Origin: a virus
Taxonomy: Duplodnaviria > Caudoviricetes
Virus record (IMG/VR): IMGVR_UViG_3300030331_005120
Span: 1 to 35,338 of that record
DNA length: 35,338 nt
Reading direction: 5' to 3' (one strand)
The translations under genes were made by a program, and so were the position numbers. Of this stretch, positions 33,978 through 35,338 are shown one piece after another. Positions within the stretch are counted from its first letter, which is position 1. Each line of letters begins with the position of its first letter. A model generated the notes under the pieces. It saw nothing but the letters and a program-made list of their open reading frames with translations. It had not been told where the DNA came from and searched no databases.

Positions 33978-34259
33978 TTACTTTTTGGCAAGCGCGGAGG
34001 TCGCGTTAGCATGGGCGCTACCGAATCGGAACTGCTCGGCTGTTGGACGCCGGACCCCGCTTGGTTTCTCATCTGCAGTTTGGATGGCGAGCGTCCAGAA
34101 AGAAGCGCAGAAGTTCACGAGGCTTTTCTTATCGGTGCCTACATCGAAGGGGAGCACGTCACTGTTTGTTTCCTTGGCTGCTTTGTTGGCGGCTGCTTTT
34201 GTCCCAAAGAACTCGCGCCTCCATGGTTCTTGCTTGCTGATAACTTGATATAGTTTCAT
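33978..34259 (-). CDS. 93-aa hypothetical early protein
   Basis: ATGA coupling with the upstream gene. Confidence 0.7.
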   Translation of the reverse strand: MKLYQVISKQEPWRREFFGTKAAANKAAKETNSDVLPFDVGTDKKSLVNFCASFWTLAIQTADEKPSGVRRPTAEQFRFGSAHANATSALAKK

Positions 34260-34519
34260 AGGTTTAAGAGTGCGAAGTTTGGCTCAGAGATTTCCAGATT
34301 GATTTGAAGGGTTGCCCCATTAGTCACAACGGGACGGAATTCCATAAGTTCAGATCCGATTTGAAAGTTCCCAAGATCGCTATGACTATTAATGTGATCT
34401 TGAATAACCGAAGCGTCCCCAACGTGGACATGAATCCGGTCAGAGAAAATAGTAATGAGGTCTCTCACTTGGTTCAGGCTGAGAGAGTTAGCCAGTTCAA
34501 TTGTTTCGTCGGGGATCAT
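34256..34519 (-). CDS. 87-aa hypothetical early protein
   Basis: ORF track; tiles the operon. Confidence 0.7.
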   Translation of the reverse strand: MIPDETIELANSLSLNQVRDLITIFSDRIHVHVGDASVIQDHINSHSDLGNFQIGSELMEFRPVVTNGATLQINLEISEPNFALLNL

Positions 34520-34570
34520 ACGAATATTCTTTTAGAATTGCGATGAAAACTCGGGATGCTGCTGGACCAG

Positions 34571-34795
34571 CTAGCGGCAAATGGCCTTGCCTTCTCTCAC
34601 ATCATTAGCCTTCAAGTCAAAGTAAGAGACCATGAGCCAAGCGCTCTCGGCGGCCTTGGCATGTCCGGCATCATTCGGAGCGGTAACTGAAAGGAATAGC
34701 ATAGCGCCTAAGCGCTCGACGGGGCTGAGCCGCGCCACGACTTTGTCTTCTAACCGGAAGGGCTTCGCCATTAGGGCATGATTGTTGTCTAACAT
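34571..34795 (-). CDS. 74-aa hypothetical protein (start MLDNNHAL preferred)
   Basis: ATG follows an AT-rich gap; the longer start at 34900 overlaps the upstream gene. Confidence 0.6.
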   Translation of the reverse strand: MLDNNHALMAKPFRLEDKVVARLSPVERLGAMLFLSVTAPNDAGHAKAAESAWLMVSYFDLKANDVREGKAICR

Positions 34796-34821
34796 ACTTA
34801 CTTTAATACTGGTTTTATTTT

Positions 34822-35019
34822 TTAACTTAACAGGAGGTGTCCGTAACGATCGACGGACGCGGACAATTGTTGGGGGACCATGCTCGGCATGTGGCGGCAT
34901 GCGCTACCGAACTGGGCCAGAACATTTTGATAGAGCTCCTCATCAGCAATGTTGATCTGCTTGATCTGGCGGTCGTAGTAAACGACATCGGCAAAGAATT
35001 CGCTGAAGGGAGTGTCCAT
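34822..35019 (-). CDS. 65-aa hypothetical protein
   Basis: ATG 2 nt after the upstream stop. Confidence 0.65.
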   Translation of the reverse strand: MDTPFSEFFADVVYYDRQIKQINIADEELYQNVLAQFGSACRHMPSMVPQQLSASVDRYGHLLLS

Positions 35020-35021
35020 TG

Positions 35022-35195
35022 TTATCTCTTCTTTTTGTTTTTCTTTTTAGCTATGGGGCTCTTGCGTCCCTTGGCGTGCTTGCTCTCTGACAGGTGGCGG
35101 TTGCCCGCTCCAGATTTTCCTCTCATAGATTCCCACACCATACCCAATGCACGAGCGTCCTTTGGTCTAAGCGGCCTATCAGCGTGGTGGCTCAT
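35022..35195 (-). CDS. 57-aa basic protein (MSHHADRPLRPKDARALG...KKKNKKKR); not in ORF track
   Basis: Manual translation; ATGA coupling. Confidence 0.6.
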   Translation of the reverse strand: MSHHADRPLRPKDARALGMVWESMRGKSGAGNRHLSESKHAKGRKSPIAKKKNKKKR

Positions 35196-35338
35196 GCTTG
35201 AGTCTCCCTTCTAAGAAAGTCCTTCAGCTGCTCATCTCGGGTGTCCTCGGTAAAGGTCTCCGCAACCTCCCACCCTTCGGGGGCTTCGTATTGCGACTGG
35301 CACCACGGCTCGGGCTCTGTTACCTCGGCGAGAATCTT
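35192..35338 (-). CDS. 5'-truncated hypothetical protein (...KILAEVTEPEPWCQSQYEAPEGWEVAE...RRETQA)
   Basis: Open frame from the window edge to TGA at 35192. Confidence 0.6.
   Translation of the reverse strand, partial: KILAEVTEPEPWCQSQYEAPEGWEVAETFTEDTRDEQLKDFLRRETQA

Noticed and set aside
34837-35214. Plus-strand 125-aa ORF, and other plus-strand ORFs in 33680-34546
   Set aside because: The region is fully tiled by translationally coupled minus-strand genes.
1-35338. Stop-codon reassignment
   Set aside because: Conserved genes are intact under the standard code, coding density is high, and TAA, TAG and TGA all end genes.

Overview
This is a 35 kb segment of a tailed dsDNA bacteriophage genome, probably podovirus-like and aquatic, read in the standard genetic code. 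It has four alternating blocks. (+) 1-8179 holds tail/structural genes, a lysis cassette (two holin-like ORFs, an overlapping spanin-like pair, an Amidase_3 endolysin), a small HExxH peptidase, four tiny Lys/Arg-rich proteins and a PD-(D/E)XK-like nuclease. (-) 8174-15924 is the replication operon: primase-SF3 helicase, family A DNA polymerase with Leu at position 762, SSB-like protein, Cas4-like exonuclease, RuvC-like resolvase and an HTH protein. (+) 15955-31408 holds the terminase large subunit, probable ejection proteins and a 3501-aa polyvalent protein. (-) 31405-end holds an SF2 helicase and small early ORFs. I did not recognise a portal, major capsid, integrase, tRNA or CRISPR array. 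The most notable observations are: (1) the giant protein is punctuated by a repeated L-[AR]-S-G-[IL]-[TG] motif, and its ADP-ribosyltransferase-like module is bracketed by a perfect in-frame 15-bp direct repeat, suggesting a swappable effector cassette in a possibly processed polyprotein; (2) a His-rich insert has 4 HxxHxH units matched by 4 regularly spaced LxH units, suggesting a metal-binding needle; (3) several sigma70-type promoters sit 5-6 nt before start codons, implying leaderless genes in a genome with no evident Shine-Dalgarno sites; (4) there are two structured intergenic elements, one with its own extended -10 promoter. All functional calls come from motif recognition by eye; no database searches were run.
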